64,000 bases of DNA from an uncultured virus (IMG/VR IMGVR_UViG_3300000117_000017) (lineage: Duplodnaviria; Heunggongvirae; Uroviricota; Caudoviricetes), in the IMG/VR virus record IMGVR_UViG_3300000117_000017; one strand, written 5' to 3'. The position numbers were made by a program, and so were the translations under genes. Below the pieces are notes generated by a model, which had not been told where the DNA came from, did not search any database, and saw nothing but the letters and a program-made list of their open reading frames with translations. Position 1 is the stretch's first letter. Each line of letters opens with the position of its first letter. Below are positions 17,833 through 28,195 of the stretch, one piece after another.

Positions 17833-18288
17833 TGTGGCTTCTTTAATAGTCTTTGCTTGTCTCAATTCTTTTTTCTTACTTGCCTTTGTAGATTTTTTAA
17901 TAGCAGGTGTCTCGAATAATTGCAGTTTGTAAAGAAATAGTTTTTCTTTATCTCTTTCTGCGTCAAACTCATTAAATAAAAATTGAGCTAAAGCTTTATG
18001 AACATCAGTGTGTTGCTCATTAAAATCGTATATTAATCCTCTATCTTTTGCCAGTGTGATAACAGTATCTTCAAATGCTTCATGCTGTTCTCTAATATGT
18101 TTGTACGTTGCTTCGTGCAAGTTATCAATATCAATATGAGTTAATAGATTTTCAAAATTAGGATCACCTTCTTTAGCTTCAATGTATTCAACTCTTTCTA
18201 CTTTCCCATCAGTCCAAAACGATTCAACTATTGTTCTTTCGTTATTTGAAAAATGTGCTCTTACAAATTCATGTCCAGGGATTGCCAT
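17809..18288 (-). CDS. Hypothetical protein
   Basis: 159-aa ORF with AGGAG RBS at the end of the minus-strand structural operon. Confidence 0.6.
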   Translation of the reverse strand: MAIPGHEFVRAHFSNNERTIVESFWTDGKVERVEYIEAKEGDPNFENLLTHIDIDNLHEATYKHIREQHEAFEDTVITLAKDRGLIYDFNEQHTDVHKALAQFLFNEFDAERDKEKLFLYKLQLFETPAIKKSTKASKKKELRQAKTIKEATLIALSMS

Positions 18289-18290
18289 AA

Positions 18291-19214
18291 TTAACTCCTT
18301 GCAATTTTTAAAAAGTATGTACTTACAGTTTGTGCTGTACCATTAGGAAATTCTTGAGTACGATAATCATTGGCATTCACAAACCTTGTTTGATAATTTC
18401 CTGCTCCGTCAAGACGTGTATCTACCATACCAGTCCCTCTATTAGCTCCGCTTCCATTTATAGAATAAGTAATTCTAGAACCTGCAGTGTTTACTGTATG
18501 ATGTCTCATTTCAGCTAATAACATTGCATCAAGATTAGCATCAGTATATATTTGTAAATCATTACCACTCGTTATTTGCAGAGGTGATTGAAAACTTGTA
18601 GCAACAGTTTGATTAGTTCGAAATAAATAGTAGTTAGTTATTGTCGTAGGTTGATCTTGTGTTTCACCAATTCCGCCTGCAGTATAAGCCGATACATTTG
18701 CTATTGTGTCAGTAAAAACGGGGGTTGAAGATATTAAAGTGTTAAGAGATAAAGAAGTTGCAGTATGTATTCTAAACGTACCACCTCTGTCATTTCCATC
18801 AACTAGCGTACCTATAGCAGCATTTATAATAGTATCAAACACATCAGTAGCGCTCATGGCTCTTATATCTGTGCCGTCGTAGTACACAGGATAGAATTTA
18901 TTATTAGTGTCTGTAGGAGTGCTTACGCTTGAATTAGCTTGATTTATCTTATCATAAACTATTGGAGTTACTTGAGAAACATTAGGAGTCTCGCCGGCCG
19001 TATCAAAATTAGTAACATCTGTTGTGGATGCACCAGCTTGCATTCTGGTATCTGACATACTGTCCAAACTTCCAGAACTTCCAACAACTGTAAGTAGAGC
19101 AGAAGGATTAGATCCATAAACATAAACGGCTCGCTGTTGTAAGTCTAACAGCTGTGCCGAAGACATTTCTTGAAGACTGCTTCCATCCCAATATAAAGGA
19201 CTTACAACCGCCAT
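18291..19214 (-). CDS. Virion structural protein with internal repeat
   Basis: P(L/V)YxDG..(L/I)xxMS repeated; T/S-rich; in the structural operon. Confidence 0.6.
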   Translation of the reverse strand: MAVVSPLYWDGSSLQEMSSAQLLDLQQRAVYVYGSNPSALLTVVGSSGSLDSMSDTRMQAGASTTDVTNFDTAGETPNVSQVTPIVYDKINQANSSVSTPTDTNNKFYPVYYDGTDIRAMSATDVFDTIINAAIGTLVDGNDRGGTFRIHTATSLSLNTLISSTPVFTDTIANVSAYTAGGIGETQDQPTTITNYYLFRTNQTVATSFQSPLQITSGNDLQIYTDANLDAMLLAEMRHHTVNTAGSRITYSINGSGANRGTGMVDTRLDGAGNYQTRFVNANDYRTQEFPNGTAQTVSTYFLKIARS

Positions 19215-19218
19215 GATA

Positions 19219-19824
19219 TTAGGCCCCTGCGCCGTGTATCGTTTTTAGTGTGCTTCCTGCTGAATTTTTTATTAATAACGTTGATAGTGTTTTTAATTGA
19301 ACTGAACCTACAGCGTCATCTGCAATCTTTGCCGTTGTTACTTGTAAGTCTCCAATATGAATAGTGTCAATTGATCCATCAGTATAATGTTCTGAATTTA
19401 CAGCATTATCAGCAAGTTTTGTTCCATCTATTGCATCTGCAGCAACTTTAGCTAAAGTAACTGAAAGTGGTTCAAGCATTGATGAATTAATAGTATTTGA
19501 AGGTATAAAGAATCTGCCTTCACTCGAATCAAAGCCAATTCCATTTGCACTGTCTTTTTGAAAGTTAGACATAATGCTTGTTTCACCAGAATCTGCTCTG
19601 ATTAAAGCAAGCACTTCAGCTGAGTCCATAGCGTTAGCTTGAATTAAACTTATAACATCAGCCGAATCAACTTTATCTTGAATATTGATCTCATTTATTG
19701 CTGCGACTAAATTTGTTGCAGTGGTACTCAGTGTAGCTACATCACCTAGGTTGCTAGCTATTGTATTTGTCTTAGTAACTAGAGTAGTTACCGGATCTGA
19801 TAATAATATTTCAGTGACTGCCAT
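19219..19824 (-). CDS. Short fibre/neck-appendage-like protein
   Basis: TATNLVAAINE and VTxAKIADDAV repeats typical of phage fibres. Confidence 0.6.
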   Translation of the reverse strand: MAVTEILLSDPVTTLVTKTNTIASNLGDVATLSTTATNLVAAINEINIQDKVDSADVISLIQANAMDSAEVLALIRADSGETSIMSNFQKDSANGIGFDSSEGRFFIPSNTINSSMLEPLSVTLAKVAADAIDGTKLADNAVNSEHYTDGSIDTIHIGDLQVTTAKIADDAVGSVQLKTLSTLLIKNSAGSTLKTIHGAGA

Positions 19825-20026
19825 CTTTTCCCTCTATTAATTTCTGTAACATAGATTTCATTTCAGTAACATCGTTTTTTAAATCTTCAAAATCTTTTTC
19901 TTTTTGTCTTCTTTCAAGCTTTCTTTTTCTTGCCGCACTGATCTCATCTTTATTTATATTCAAAATAGCTCCTGTAGATGTATCTCTTACTAAGTTGCCG
20001 TTTCCTTCAACTTTTAAATATTTCAT
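19811..20026 (-). CDS. Conserved T4-like hypothetical protein
   Basis: KVEG.GNLVRD..TGAILN plus coiled coil; typical position after VrlC-like genes. Confidence 0.6.
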   Translation of the reverse strand: MKYLKVEGNGNLVRDTSTGAILNINKDEISAARKRKLERRQKEKDFEDLKNDVTEMKSMLQKLIEGKDGSH

Positions 20027-21609
20027 TACGCGCTCAATGCTATAGCGCGTAATGAAGATATTGATGGAACAAGTGCTTGGTTAGTACTTCTAAATACTAT
20101 TTTTAATTGAAATTTAGTAAATGCTGCTATATCTCCGCCTTGGCCTCCTATAAGATACGTGTATTCTCTAAAAATGCTAGGGTTTTCATCAGTTGGAATA
20201 ACTGTTTCTTGAGATGCTAAGATAAAATTTTGTGTCACTATAGAAGTATCGGCATCAGCTGTTCTAAAATAAACTTGAAAATCAGCAGTCGATGGTCTGT
20301 TAGCAGACAACAATACTTTTAATCCTACAGCTTCTTCATTTAAAACTATTGTCTTAGTTAAATGTTTAGCTGCACTGCTTCCACCTCTCGCTGAAGTTTC
20401 GTCTACATATGCTAATGGAACATTGTGATTATCTAATATAGTTTCATTTTGTTTGTCAATTATATTACTTATTAGTCCTACAGAAGTTCTTTGTAAATCT
20501 AACATAGGTGCCATATTAGAATCAGCATTTACTATTGAAATATTAAAATCTAGAGACTTTATTCCAGCACCAATATCACTTGTTTCAGCACTGTCATGAG
20601 CTATCATCATTAAAGTACTTTTAGTATTGTTTTCATTAATTTGCACAGATTCAAATGATGATTGTTTTTGAAATGCTGTCTCAATTCCTGCGTAAGATTT
20701 TCCGGTAGTAGTTTTAACACTAGCATTAAATTGCTGGCCTGCAGGTATTAACGCAGCTATTGATGGATATATGTTATTATACAATATATTTTTAGTAGAT
20801 TGAATAATAGTTCCTCCACCGAAAGCATCTGAATCTGCAGCAGAATCTGATGTGAAAGTATAACCAGTGTGATCAATTGCTGTAATAGTATGACGCTGAT
20901 TTAATGTTGAAGCAGATATTCCGCCTACACCTGCAGAATCAACACCAGATAAAGTTATAGGTTGACCAACTTGCATACCATGATTAGCATGAGTCACTCT
21001 TACTGTTTGCGATGTTGAAATAGTTTTTAAAGGATTTGGATTAAGTAGTTGCTTAGGAACTGGCGCATTATGTAATGCTATAGTCGCAGTTGAATGTTTA
21101 AATTTTGCTTGATATATTTTAAAAGTTAAATCTTGATTTTGTGAAGGAGTGAATGTTGAGCCATTTTGTGAATAGAATAAACTTCCTAATACAGGTTGTT
21201 TATTTACACGCTTCTCTGTAGAACCTACTACAAAATCATTAATTTCAGCTATATAAATTTCATAATCTTTTGAATCTGCTATGACTACTAATGCATATTC
21301 ATTTAATCCTTTCAAATACGTAGGCTCATCAAATTCAAATGTAGTTGCTGTAGTAGCATCTGCAGATATACTTGCTCCACCTGAAAACGTACTACCCGGT
21401 AATGATTTTATAGTTCCTGGGATTATAGTGTTCGATGAAGGAAACCCATTAACCATAGGCCTAATTTGTACTTGTATCGGAGCGTTTTCATCAGCTGCTT
21501 TAAAAAATAAATCTACTTTAGTGCAATAAATTCCTGCAGGATCATCGATGTAAAACGATTGAGCTATTGGTTGCTTTCCAACTCTATATCCGGTTGATGT
21601 TACTGACAT
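20026..21609 (-). CDS. C-terminal half of VrlC/DUF4815-like structural protein
   Basis: PIAQSF...TKVDLFF...GSLFYSQNGSTFT.SQNQDLTF...FQLKIV...LRAIAL. Confidence 0.7.
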   Translation of the reverse strand: MSVTSTGYRVGKQPIAQSFYIDDPAGIYCTKVDLFFKAADENAPIQVQIRPMVNGFPSSNTIIPGTIKSLPGSTFSGGASISADATTATTFEFDEPTYLKGLNEYALVVIADSKDYEIYIAEINDFVVGSTEKRVNKQPVLGSLFYSQNGSTFTPSQNQDLTFKIYQAKFKHSTATIALHNAPVPKQLLNPNPLKTISTSQTVRVTHANHGMQVGQPITLSGVDSAGVGGISASTLNQRHTITAIDHTGYTFTSDSAADSDAFGGGTIIQSTKNILYNNIYPSIAALIPAGQQFNASVKTTTGKSYAGIETAFQKQSSFESVQINENNTKSTLMMIAHDSAETSDIGAGIKSLDFNISIVNADSNMAPMLDLQRTSVGLISNIIDKQNETILDNHNVPLAYVDETSARGGSSAAKHLTKTIVLNEEAVGLKVLLSANRPSTADFQVYFRTADADTSIVTQNFILASQETVIPTDENPSIFREYTYLIGGQGGDIAAFTKFQLKIVFRSTNQALVPSISSLRAIALSA

Positions 21610-21612
21610 ATT

Positions 21613-24600
21613 TTAACTCGCCTTTTTTAATAATTGTTTATATTGGCCATGAACTGTGTAAATGTTATTGTTACAATACACATCAAAGCTTTCATTAGTT
21701 GTTCCTATATAAACTGTAGGAATAATTTTTTCAATAAAATCTATGGTTTCTACTTTTACGCCATTTATATAGTTACCAATTTCAACCTCTTCTGTTCTCT
21801 TCCAACCTAAGTTAGTTAAAACAGGGTGATCATTAGTTATTTTTAATTCATTATTAATTATGTAATAAGCATTTCTCATGTGTTTTTGCATAACCTCTGT
21901 CACTAAGCTTCCAGAAACAATATCTCCTACTTTAACATTTACCACTGTCGATAACACACCATTCAACATTACTAACATATCTTCTAATAGACATGCCACA
22001 CCATAACCGTTATCATCAGTATAACCGTGTTCATCACCATTCATGCCGCCGCCAGGACCATCGTCTTGATTATTATTAGTATAGGTAGGTATACCTAAGT
22101 GCACACCTACTTTAGATGCAATGGCGTTATTGATTGCATTGATTGCATTTGAGTGTGACAGGTACCCAGATTTTGGTGCTGGATCGGTATAGTTTAGCCC
22201 ATATCCATTTGCATCAGCATAATTGCTAAATTGTTGATCAATTAAGCCTAAACTCACTACGGCTGTAGCTAAGTTAACACCCCAATCATCAGTGACTGGT
22301 GATTTATGGTCTCCACCCTCGTTATATGATATTAAACCTCCAGTTTGCACTATGACTCGAGTAGACTCATATGTAGCTTGTTTAGTGTCTAAAAACCCTT
22401 GCGAAGTGTAGTTAGTTGAAGCCATTGCTGCAGCATCAGTCTCTTTGTCTACACTTATATCTAACACTTTAAATTCTCTAGTTCCAGTTCGTATTCTAGT
22501 TGTATCATTGTTTGGCACTATAAATGATCCAGAAACTGTTCCATTTGCATCTGTAACGAGTGTTGAAGATCCTGATGGGTGTATTGTTACATCACTTAGT
22601 GTATTACCAAAATCAGAATCTGTGTCTGAATAATGTTGGAACAAAGTAGGACCGCCGCCACCGTTTGTTAAGCTTGTAATATTGACTCCGTCTAAGAAAG
22701 TAAATACTCGTGTATTAGGTCTTAAACCTTCAGCTCTAAAATAAACTTTTCTTGATCTCATAAAATTTGCTGTTGTAGTTTCAATAATTCTATCATTTAC
22801 TATATTCAACAACGTTTCTCCAGTTGCAACTGCAGGAACAGCATCTTTACCACTATTTCCAGCCCAGTTTGCGATGTGATCATTAAATTGATAAGCGGGT
22901 ATAGGTGAAATAAGAGTGCCTCCTTGAATTATCTTGTCAGGAACTCTTTCTACATCTCTCCATTCATCAGAAGAAGGTGACAGTGTAATTGTTCCTTCAT
23001 ATATAGTAACTGAAAACGGATTAACTTTAACAGCTTTACTTGCTGTTGTCTGATTTATGTATTCACTTTGATCATACTTTATATAAACGTTATCACCTCT
23101 TTTTATAGTGTTAGTAGATGATGCTGAATCATATGTTAATCGTATTTGATCATGTCTTGTCATAGGCCTTACTACTCGATTTGTAAAATCAGTTGAAGCT
23201 CTATATTCATACGGCACTGACATTTCTGCACCGCGATGATCTTTAAATGCATCTACAAAAAAGCCACTCTTAGTTCTATCATTTCCAGAAGAATCTAAAA
23301 CTTGTAAATATTTAGTATCAGTTTCTAATAAATTTAATGTAGTTGTTTCTTCAAGTCTCTCTACTCTGTTTTCTAATTTACCTATATCTTTCATAGTAAA
23401 TCTTTTAAAATTGTATTTTGATAAAGACACGTCAGAATCATTTAGTACACCAGGATTCATTATTATATCATATAATGGTAAACTACCATCTGGAGTTACA
23501 GGCAAAATCGGATTAAATCCAGGAGCTCCGAATACAAAATCTAATTTTGAGTTTTTATCTATGACTAGTTTTGCTGGAGTAGCTAAATTGTAAGTAACAT
23601 CTGCAGTTATAGTGCTTCCATCTTGAGGAGTTTCTAACATAGTTGCACCACTGGTATTAAAGTTTCCAGCAGAATCTGATACTGACCTAAAATCTATGAC
23701 ATCTCTTAAATTTATTAACTGGCCTCCACCTAAATTATAATTAGGTATTTTATCATAATCAACTTGACCAGCATACGAATTTACAGAAAAGTAATCTCCA
23801 CCGCCAGTTGGATCAAAGAATTTGTATTTCATAGAAACACTTCCAGACGGCGCCGATTGACCTGATCTTAATATTAGTCTACCAACATCATAATGTGATG
23901 GGCGTTGACCGTTGTCAACAATAAACCTCGTTGCATAGCTTTCATTACTGTCAGATGCATTAACAATTTCATCTACTTCATAAATATCTGCACGTTTCAT
24001 ATTAACAAATTTAAAACCTGCACCATCTGATTCAACAGTATTTGTTAAAGTCATATTTGTCAATGTTTTAGTTTTAGGAGTTGTTTGTGTTTTACTTACA
24101 AATGCTGCGAGTTCTATATTAGAAGAACTTGAAATAGTTGCAACATCTGCAGCTGTTCCAAAGTTTGCAGTACCACCTGTTGGTGCTGAAGCACTAGGTG
24201 TTAAAGAATATGAAGGTGTAGCTGCCGATACATCACTATCTGCCTTTGCAAAAACAAAATCACCTGTCTGTGTATAAATTTCTCCAGCTGTTGTTAATCC
24301 CGTAAGTGTTACTACACCCGAACCATTTGCAGACAGAGTTGGAAATCTTCTTTGAGCTGTGTAAGTTAAATCTGATAGAGCTGTAGGCCTTGGATTAGGT
24401 AATGAGAAAAAATTATATTTTTCATAAGGTTCTTTTAGTACACCTTTAGAGTTTTCAAGTGTAATATTAAAAAAGTTACTAGTAGATGTGCCTATACTTT
24501 TGACATCTCTAAAAACTTCGCCAGAATTAAGATTAATATCTATGAGATGCATTTTTAAATTAGTACCACTTTTAGTTATTGCTTTAACTCGTGCTGTACC

Positions 24601-25827
24601 AATTGTACTTCCACCATGCGTGACAGCTGATCTTAAATTCATTTCTTCTAATTGATTGAAGTTTGGTATACCTTTTGTTTTTCCTAAACCGCTATGTGCC
24701 ACATCTACAAATACATATGCTCCATGAGTTGCACCCACTGGTTCGTTGTTTACAGTGGTCGTTACAGCTGGTTTTGTTATTCTAAAGGTTGAAGGTTTTG
24801 TTACAATTGATCTAAAACCTCTAACCACTGCAACACCGTCACTAACATTTAAAAGTAAATGTGTGTTTTGTGAATCTAAGTCAAATCTAGCAGAGAAAGG
24901 TTTGACTATATAATCACCAGAATTCTCTTCTATTCTCTTTGCAATAAGTTCATTAGGTATATTATATGAATTTGTTGTGGCAACTGCACTATATATCTGA
25001 CCTTTTTTAATTGTTGCAACATGAACAAAGTTATCACTTGATGTCATTTCACTACGTTCAGCTATTGTAAGCGTTATACGATATCTATCAGCGCCTGGAG
25101 CAGAAACATTCGGAACACTTCCTTGATTATCGTATAATGCATTGTTATCACTTGCAGTTACAACGTCTTCAACTGTTTTAAATCCGATATCAGTATCTGG
25201 TATATCAGTATATTTTGATATTATCTTAGATTGATCTTGAGTTAATACAAAATTACCTCTTACATAATATATACCGCCTAAAGCCGTAACTTGTGTTCCT
25301 TTTCCAGTTGATGGATCTGCTATTGTAGAAAGTTTTACTTTTAAATCAGTTCCGTCTGACACATCCATTACTTCGTTACCAGACATTCGTTGTGTTACAA
25401 CATCAGTGCTGCCTTGAGCTGAACTTGTGTTTGTGTACTTAACATAAAGAGTTGCAGGATCACTGCCTACTGCAGCAACCACTTCTAGTATTGTTGCAAC
25501 TATTGATGAAGTTTGCCCTGTTACAGTTTTACCTACAAGTGTTGTTATATCTGTTGGTAAAACATGCGATGGATCAGTTGTATCGAGTTTTATAAATTCA
25601 TATTGAGGATTTACATTTACTCCGCCTGGTTTTACTACAGCACCTTCTTTAAATACGTTATTACCAAATCTTTCTATTTGACTTTGCAATATCGTTTGAA
25701 GTTGTGTTAACTCTCTTGCTTGTAATCCAACACCTGTATTGAATAATATTCTATGATAGTTATCACTATCACGAAAATCATCTTTATATGTGGTTGCTAA
25801 ACTGGTTTCTGTGAATGTTGTCGCCAT
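21613..25827 (-). CDS. N-terminal half of VrlC/DUF4815-like structural protein with C-terminal Hint domain
   Basis: YHRILF..G..LQARELTQLQTILQ, APGADRY, RFTMKDIGKLE.RV..LE, KSGFFVD.F motifs; Hint blocks in the last ~126 aa. Confidence 0.8.
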   Translation of the reverse strand: MATTFTETSLATTYKDDFRDSDNYHRILFNTGVGLQARELTQLQTILQSQIERFGNNVFKEGAVVKPGGVNVNPQYEFIKLDTTDPSHVLPTDITTLVGKTVTGQTSSIVATILEVVAAVGSDPATLYVKYTNTSSAQGSTDVVTQRMSGNEVMDVSDGTDLKVKLSTIADPSTGKGTQVTALGGIYYVRGNFVLTQDQSKIISKYTDIPDTDIGFKTVEDVVTASDNNALYDNQGSVPNVSAPGADRYRITLTIAERSEMTSSDNFVHVATIKKGQIYSAVATTNSYNIPNELIAKRIEENSGDYIVKPFSARFDLDSQNTHLLLNVSDGVAVVRGFRSIVTKPSTFRITKPAVTTTVNNEPVGATHGAYVFVDVAHSGLGKTKGIPNFNQLEEMNLRSAVTHGGSTIGTARVKAITKSGTNLKMHLIDINLNSGEVFRDVKSIGTSTSNFFNITLENSKGVLKEPYEKYNFFSLPNPRPTALSDLTYTAQRRFPTLSANGSGVVTLTGLTTAGEIYTQTGDFVFAKADSDVSAATPSYSLTPSASAPTGGTANFGTAADVATISSSSNIELAAFVSKTQTTPKTKTLTNMTLTNTVESDGAGFKFVNMKRADIYEVDEIVNASDSNESYATRFIVDNGQRPSHYDVGRLILRSGQSAPSGSVSMKYKFFDPTGGGDYFSVNSYAGQVDYDKIPNYNLGGGQLINLRDVIDFRSVSDSAGNFNTSGATMLETPQDGSTITADVTYNLATPAKLVIDKNSKLDFVFGAPGFNPILPVTPDGSLPLYDIIMNPGVLNDSDVSLSKYNFKRFTMKDIGKLENRVERLEETTTLNLLETDTKYLQVLDSSGNDRTKSGFFVDAFKDHRGAEMSVPYEYRASTDFTNRVVRPMTRHDQIRLTYDSASSTNTIKRGDNVYIKYDQSEYINQTTASKAVKVNPFSVTIYEGTITLSPSSDEWRDVERVPDKIIQGGTLISPIPAYQFNDHIANWAGNSGKDAVPAVATGETLLNIVNDRIIETTTANFMRSRKVYFRAEGLRPNTRVFTFLDGVNITSLTNGGGGPTLFQHYSDTDSDFGNTLSDVTIHPSGSSTLVTDANGTVSGSFIVPNNDTTRIRTGTREFKVLDISVDKETDAAAMASTNYTSQGFLDTKQATYESTRVIVQTGGLISYNEGGDHKSPVTDDWGVNLATAVVSLGLIDQQFSNYADANGYGLNYTDPAPKSGYLSHSNAINAINNAIASKVGVHLGIPTYTNNNQDDGPGGGMNGDEHGYTDDNGYGVACLLEDMLVMLNGVLSTVVNVKVGDIVSGSLVTEVMQKHMRNAYYIINNELKITNDHPVLTNLGWKRTEEVEIGNYINGVKVETIDFIEKIIPTVYIGTTNESFDVYCNNNIYTVHGQYKQLLKKAS

Positions 25828-25839
25828 ATTAATATCCTA

Positions 25840-27210
25840 TTATAGTGTAACTACTACTTTAATATCTTCTGTTTGTGTAGAAGTTCTAATAACTGGTGCT
25901 CTATTTTCTATATATAAAACTTCTCCAGAAGTGTTAATGTATAACTCATTTGAATCTGCAACTACAGCAATTGTTCCGGTTTGACTTCCTTCGTCAGTAA
26001 GAGTATCTCCTACTGAGAACGGTGTATAACCGGTACTGTCGGTTTGATGATAGTAAACTTTCATACTAGAGGCAGCAAAATTTACTTTTTCATTAACGTA
26101 TGCTTTTGCTGGTGGTGTTAAGCTATTTGTAATCAATTCGTCAATAGATAATTGATTTCCAAAAGCTGAATCCACTTGTAAATATTTTAAAGCTTTAGCA
26201 GTAGTTGCAGTAAGAATTGTTCCATTAGCTGAGTCAGTACGTGGATTTCTAATCAACATTACTTGTCTGTAGTCTTGACTAGTTCCTGTTAAAAAATCTC
26301 CATTTTCTGTTCCAGCTGGTTTAGAGTTAAACATCAATGATGTAGCTTTCAATTCATCTCTTGGATCTGCACCAATTCCATCAGGTGGACCGAGCACAGC
26401 TCTTGCTGTTGCACCGCTTCCACCGCCACTTGAAATTGTAACTGTTGCATTTGTAAAATTCTTCCCTGAACCTGCACTTTCATTTAACATGTCAATCTTA
26501 ACAATTTTTTCACCTGATACAATTGCAGTTGCTTGTGCACTATCACCTATAGCGCCACCGTTTCCTGTTATTGTAACAATAGGAGTGCCTGTGTATCCTG
26601 ACCCTTGATTCTCTACTACAATATTAAGTATTCTACCTGCATCTGCAGAGTCTTGCGCAGCTTTTTGTTGTATTTCAAACGTATCGCTGGCAGTGGTTAC
26701 AAGTTTAACTGGAATAAAGTTAGCCGATAAGAATGCAGCTGTATCACTACCAGATAATCCATATAAAAACCTCCAAGTGTACCCATCTGAAGTTTTAAAT
26801 GGTTTTGGTGATGTGCCAGTAGGTTTAACTGTTGATTTATTTATAGTACCAGTTCCGCTTTTGCTTTGCTGTAAACAAATATAAACATGGTTATCTTCAG
26901 TAAGAACATAATAAGTATTTGATGGTATTGTGCTATAATCGTCATCATAACCGCTATATTCGCTACCAGAGCTCCAATTGTGTCTTGGTATTACAAAGGA
27001 TGTTGAGCCTACAGCTTTTACGGATTGTAAAGCATTTTGTGCTTCTCTTATTGTTTTAGGTGTATCTGTCGGCGTTGGAACAGTTTCGGTTGAGTTCCAT
27101 TGATCATTTTTTCCAATACCTATATAATATCTTGCAGTTAAACCTGAAGCTTCATCAAATATTTTTTGCATGAATTGTTTTTTAAACGAGTCTGTTATTA
27201 TTGCTGACAT
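25840..27210 (-). CDS. gp8: Baseplate wedge subunit gp8
   Basis: IPRHNW.SG..Y, YVLT....VYICL, DGYTWRFLY, SGEVLYIENR.P..R...QTEDIK. Confidence 0.85.
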   Translation of the reverse strand: MSAIITDSFKKQFMQKIFDEASGLTARYYIGIGKNDQWNSTETVPTPTDTPKTIREAQNALQSVKAVGSTSFVIPRHNWSSGSEYSGYDDDYSTIPSNTYYVLTEDNHVYICLQQSKSGTGTINKSTVKPTGTSPKPFKTSDGYTWRFLYGLSGSDTAAFLSANFIPVKLVTTASDTFEIQQKAAQDSADAGRILNIVVENQGSGYTGTPIVTITGNGGAIGDSAQATAIVSGEKIVKIDMLNESAGSGKNFTNATVTISSGGGSGATARAVLGPPDGIGADPRDELKATSLMFNSKPAGTENGDFLTGTSQDYRQVMLIRNPRTDSANGTILTATTAKALKYLQVDSAFGNQLSIDELITNSLTPPAKAYVNEKVNFAASSMKVYYHQTDSTGYTPFSVGDTLTDEGSQTGTIAVVADSNELYINTSGEVLYIENRAPVIRTSTQTEDIKVVVTL

Positions 27211-27220
27211 ATTCTATTCC

Positions 27221-28153
27221 TTATGATACCGTTACTTCGCCTTGGTTACCTATTAAGAACCAATTAGTTCCATCCCAAATACAGGTACAACCATCATTTT
27301 GTGCTAATACAAACTTAGTGCCTTGAGCAAAATTTGCAGGTGTAACATGCATTGCACCTGCACCTTTATTTGTAAAAATTTTATATTCACCTACTGTTGT
27401 TCCATCAGCTAATGATACATCTAGTTGAGAACTTTTATTTCCTATTATTAAAGTTGCTGCTGTACTTGCCGCACCGTTTGCAGTTATAGTTGAAGAACTA
27501 AAAGCTGCCTTATTTAATTCTACCGAACCTGTACCTTTAGGTGCCATTATAATATTTAAATTAGCTCCACCTCCTGTTGCAGAAAGTGTAGGACCAGTAG
27601 TTGATGCACCGTTTGCAATTGTTAATTCGTTTACTGCACTTCCAGTTTTTACAAATTTAATTAATTCGTTACCTGTTGAATCTGATATTTGTGTACCAAT
27701 TTTCGGATTATTTATTAATGGTGAAGATAATGTTTTATTAGTTAATGTATCTGTTGTGGCTCTTCCTATAAGTGTATCTGTTGATGTAGGTAGAGTTAAT
27801 GTTCCTGTATTCTTTATTGATGCGATTATTGGTGCTGTTAGTGTTTTGTTAGTTAACGTCTGAATTGCATTGTCAAGTGTAATAATTCCTGTAGAATCTG
27901 GTAATGTAATAACATTGTCCTGTGTAGCGTTTGTTGCTTTTAATCTTGTTTCAAAATCATTGGCACTTGAACCTTCAAATGTTACTGCATCATTTTCTAA
28001 AGTGATTTGTGTTGATAAGTTACTACTATCACCTCCACCGAGTAATGCATATACTTCAGCAAAGTTTGAATTTATCTTTGTTCCGGCTTGTCGTAATGTA
28101 TCACCATTACCGTCATTAGCTGAACTGCCTATACCAATATTTTGTCTAGTCAT
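27221..28153 (-). CDS. Baseplate gp9/gp10-like tail fibre connector
   Basis: N-terminus RQNIGIG..ANDGNGDTLRQAGTKINSNF matches the T4 gp9/gp10 N-terminal motif; TLTNKTL repeats. Confidence 0.75.
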   Translation of the reverse strand: MTRQNIGIGSSANDGNGDTLRQAGTKINSNFAEVYALLGGGDSSNLSTQITLENDAVTFEGSSANDFETRLKATNATQDNVITLPDSTGIITLDNAIQTLTNKTLTAPIIASIKNTGTLTLPTSTDTLIGRATTDTLTNKTLSSPLINNPKIGTQISDSTGNELIKFVKTGSAVNELTIANGASTTGPTLSATGGGANLNIIMAPKGTGSVELNKAAFSSSTITANGAASTAATLIIGNKSSQLDVSLADGTTVGEYKIFTNKGAGAMHVTPANFAQGTKFVLAQNDGCTCIWDGTNWFLIGNQGEVTVS

Positions 28154-28173
28154 TTAATCTTCCTAATAAGTTC

Positions 28174-28181
28174 TATTTATA
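28174..28181 (-). promoter_or_regulatory. T4-type late promoter TATAAATA
   Basis: Intergenic exact consensus; context TTCTATTTATACATAAAAA identical to the site at 31533. Confidence 0.8.
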
Positions 28182-28195
28182 CATAAAAATAATCG

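Noticed and set aside
21613..21993. Canonical splicing intein
   Set aside because: It lacks the terminal Asn and the +1 Cys/Ser/Thr, and the ORF ends about 10 aa later; treated as a cleavage-type Hint domain
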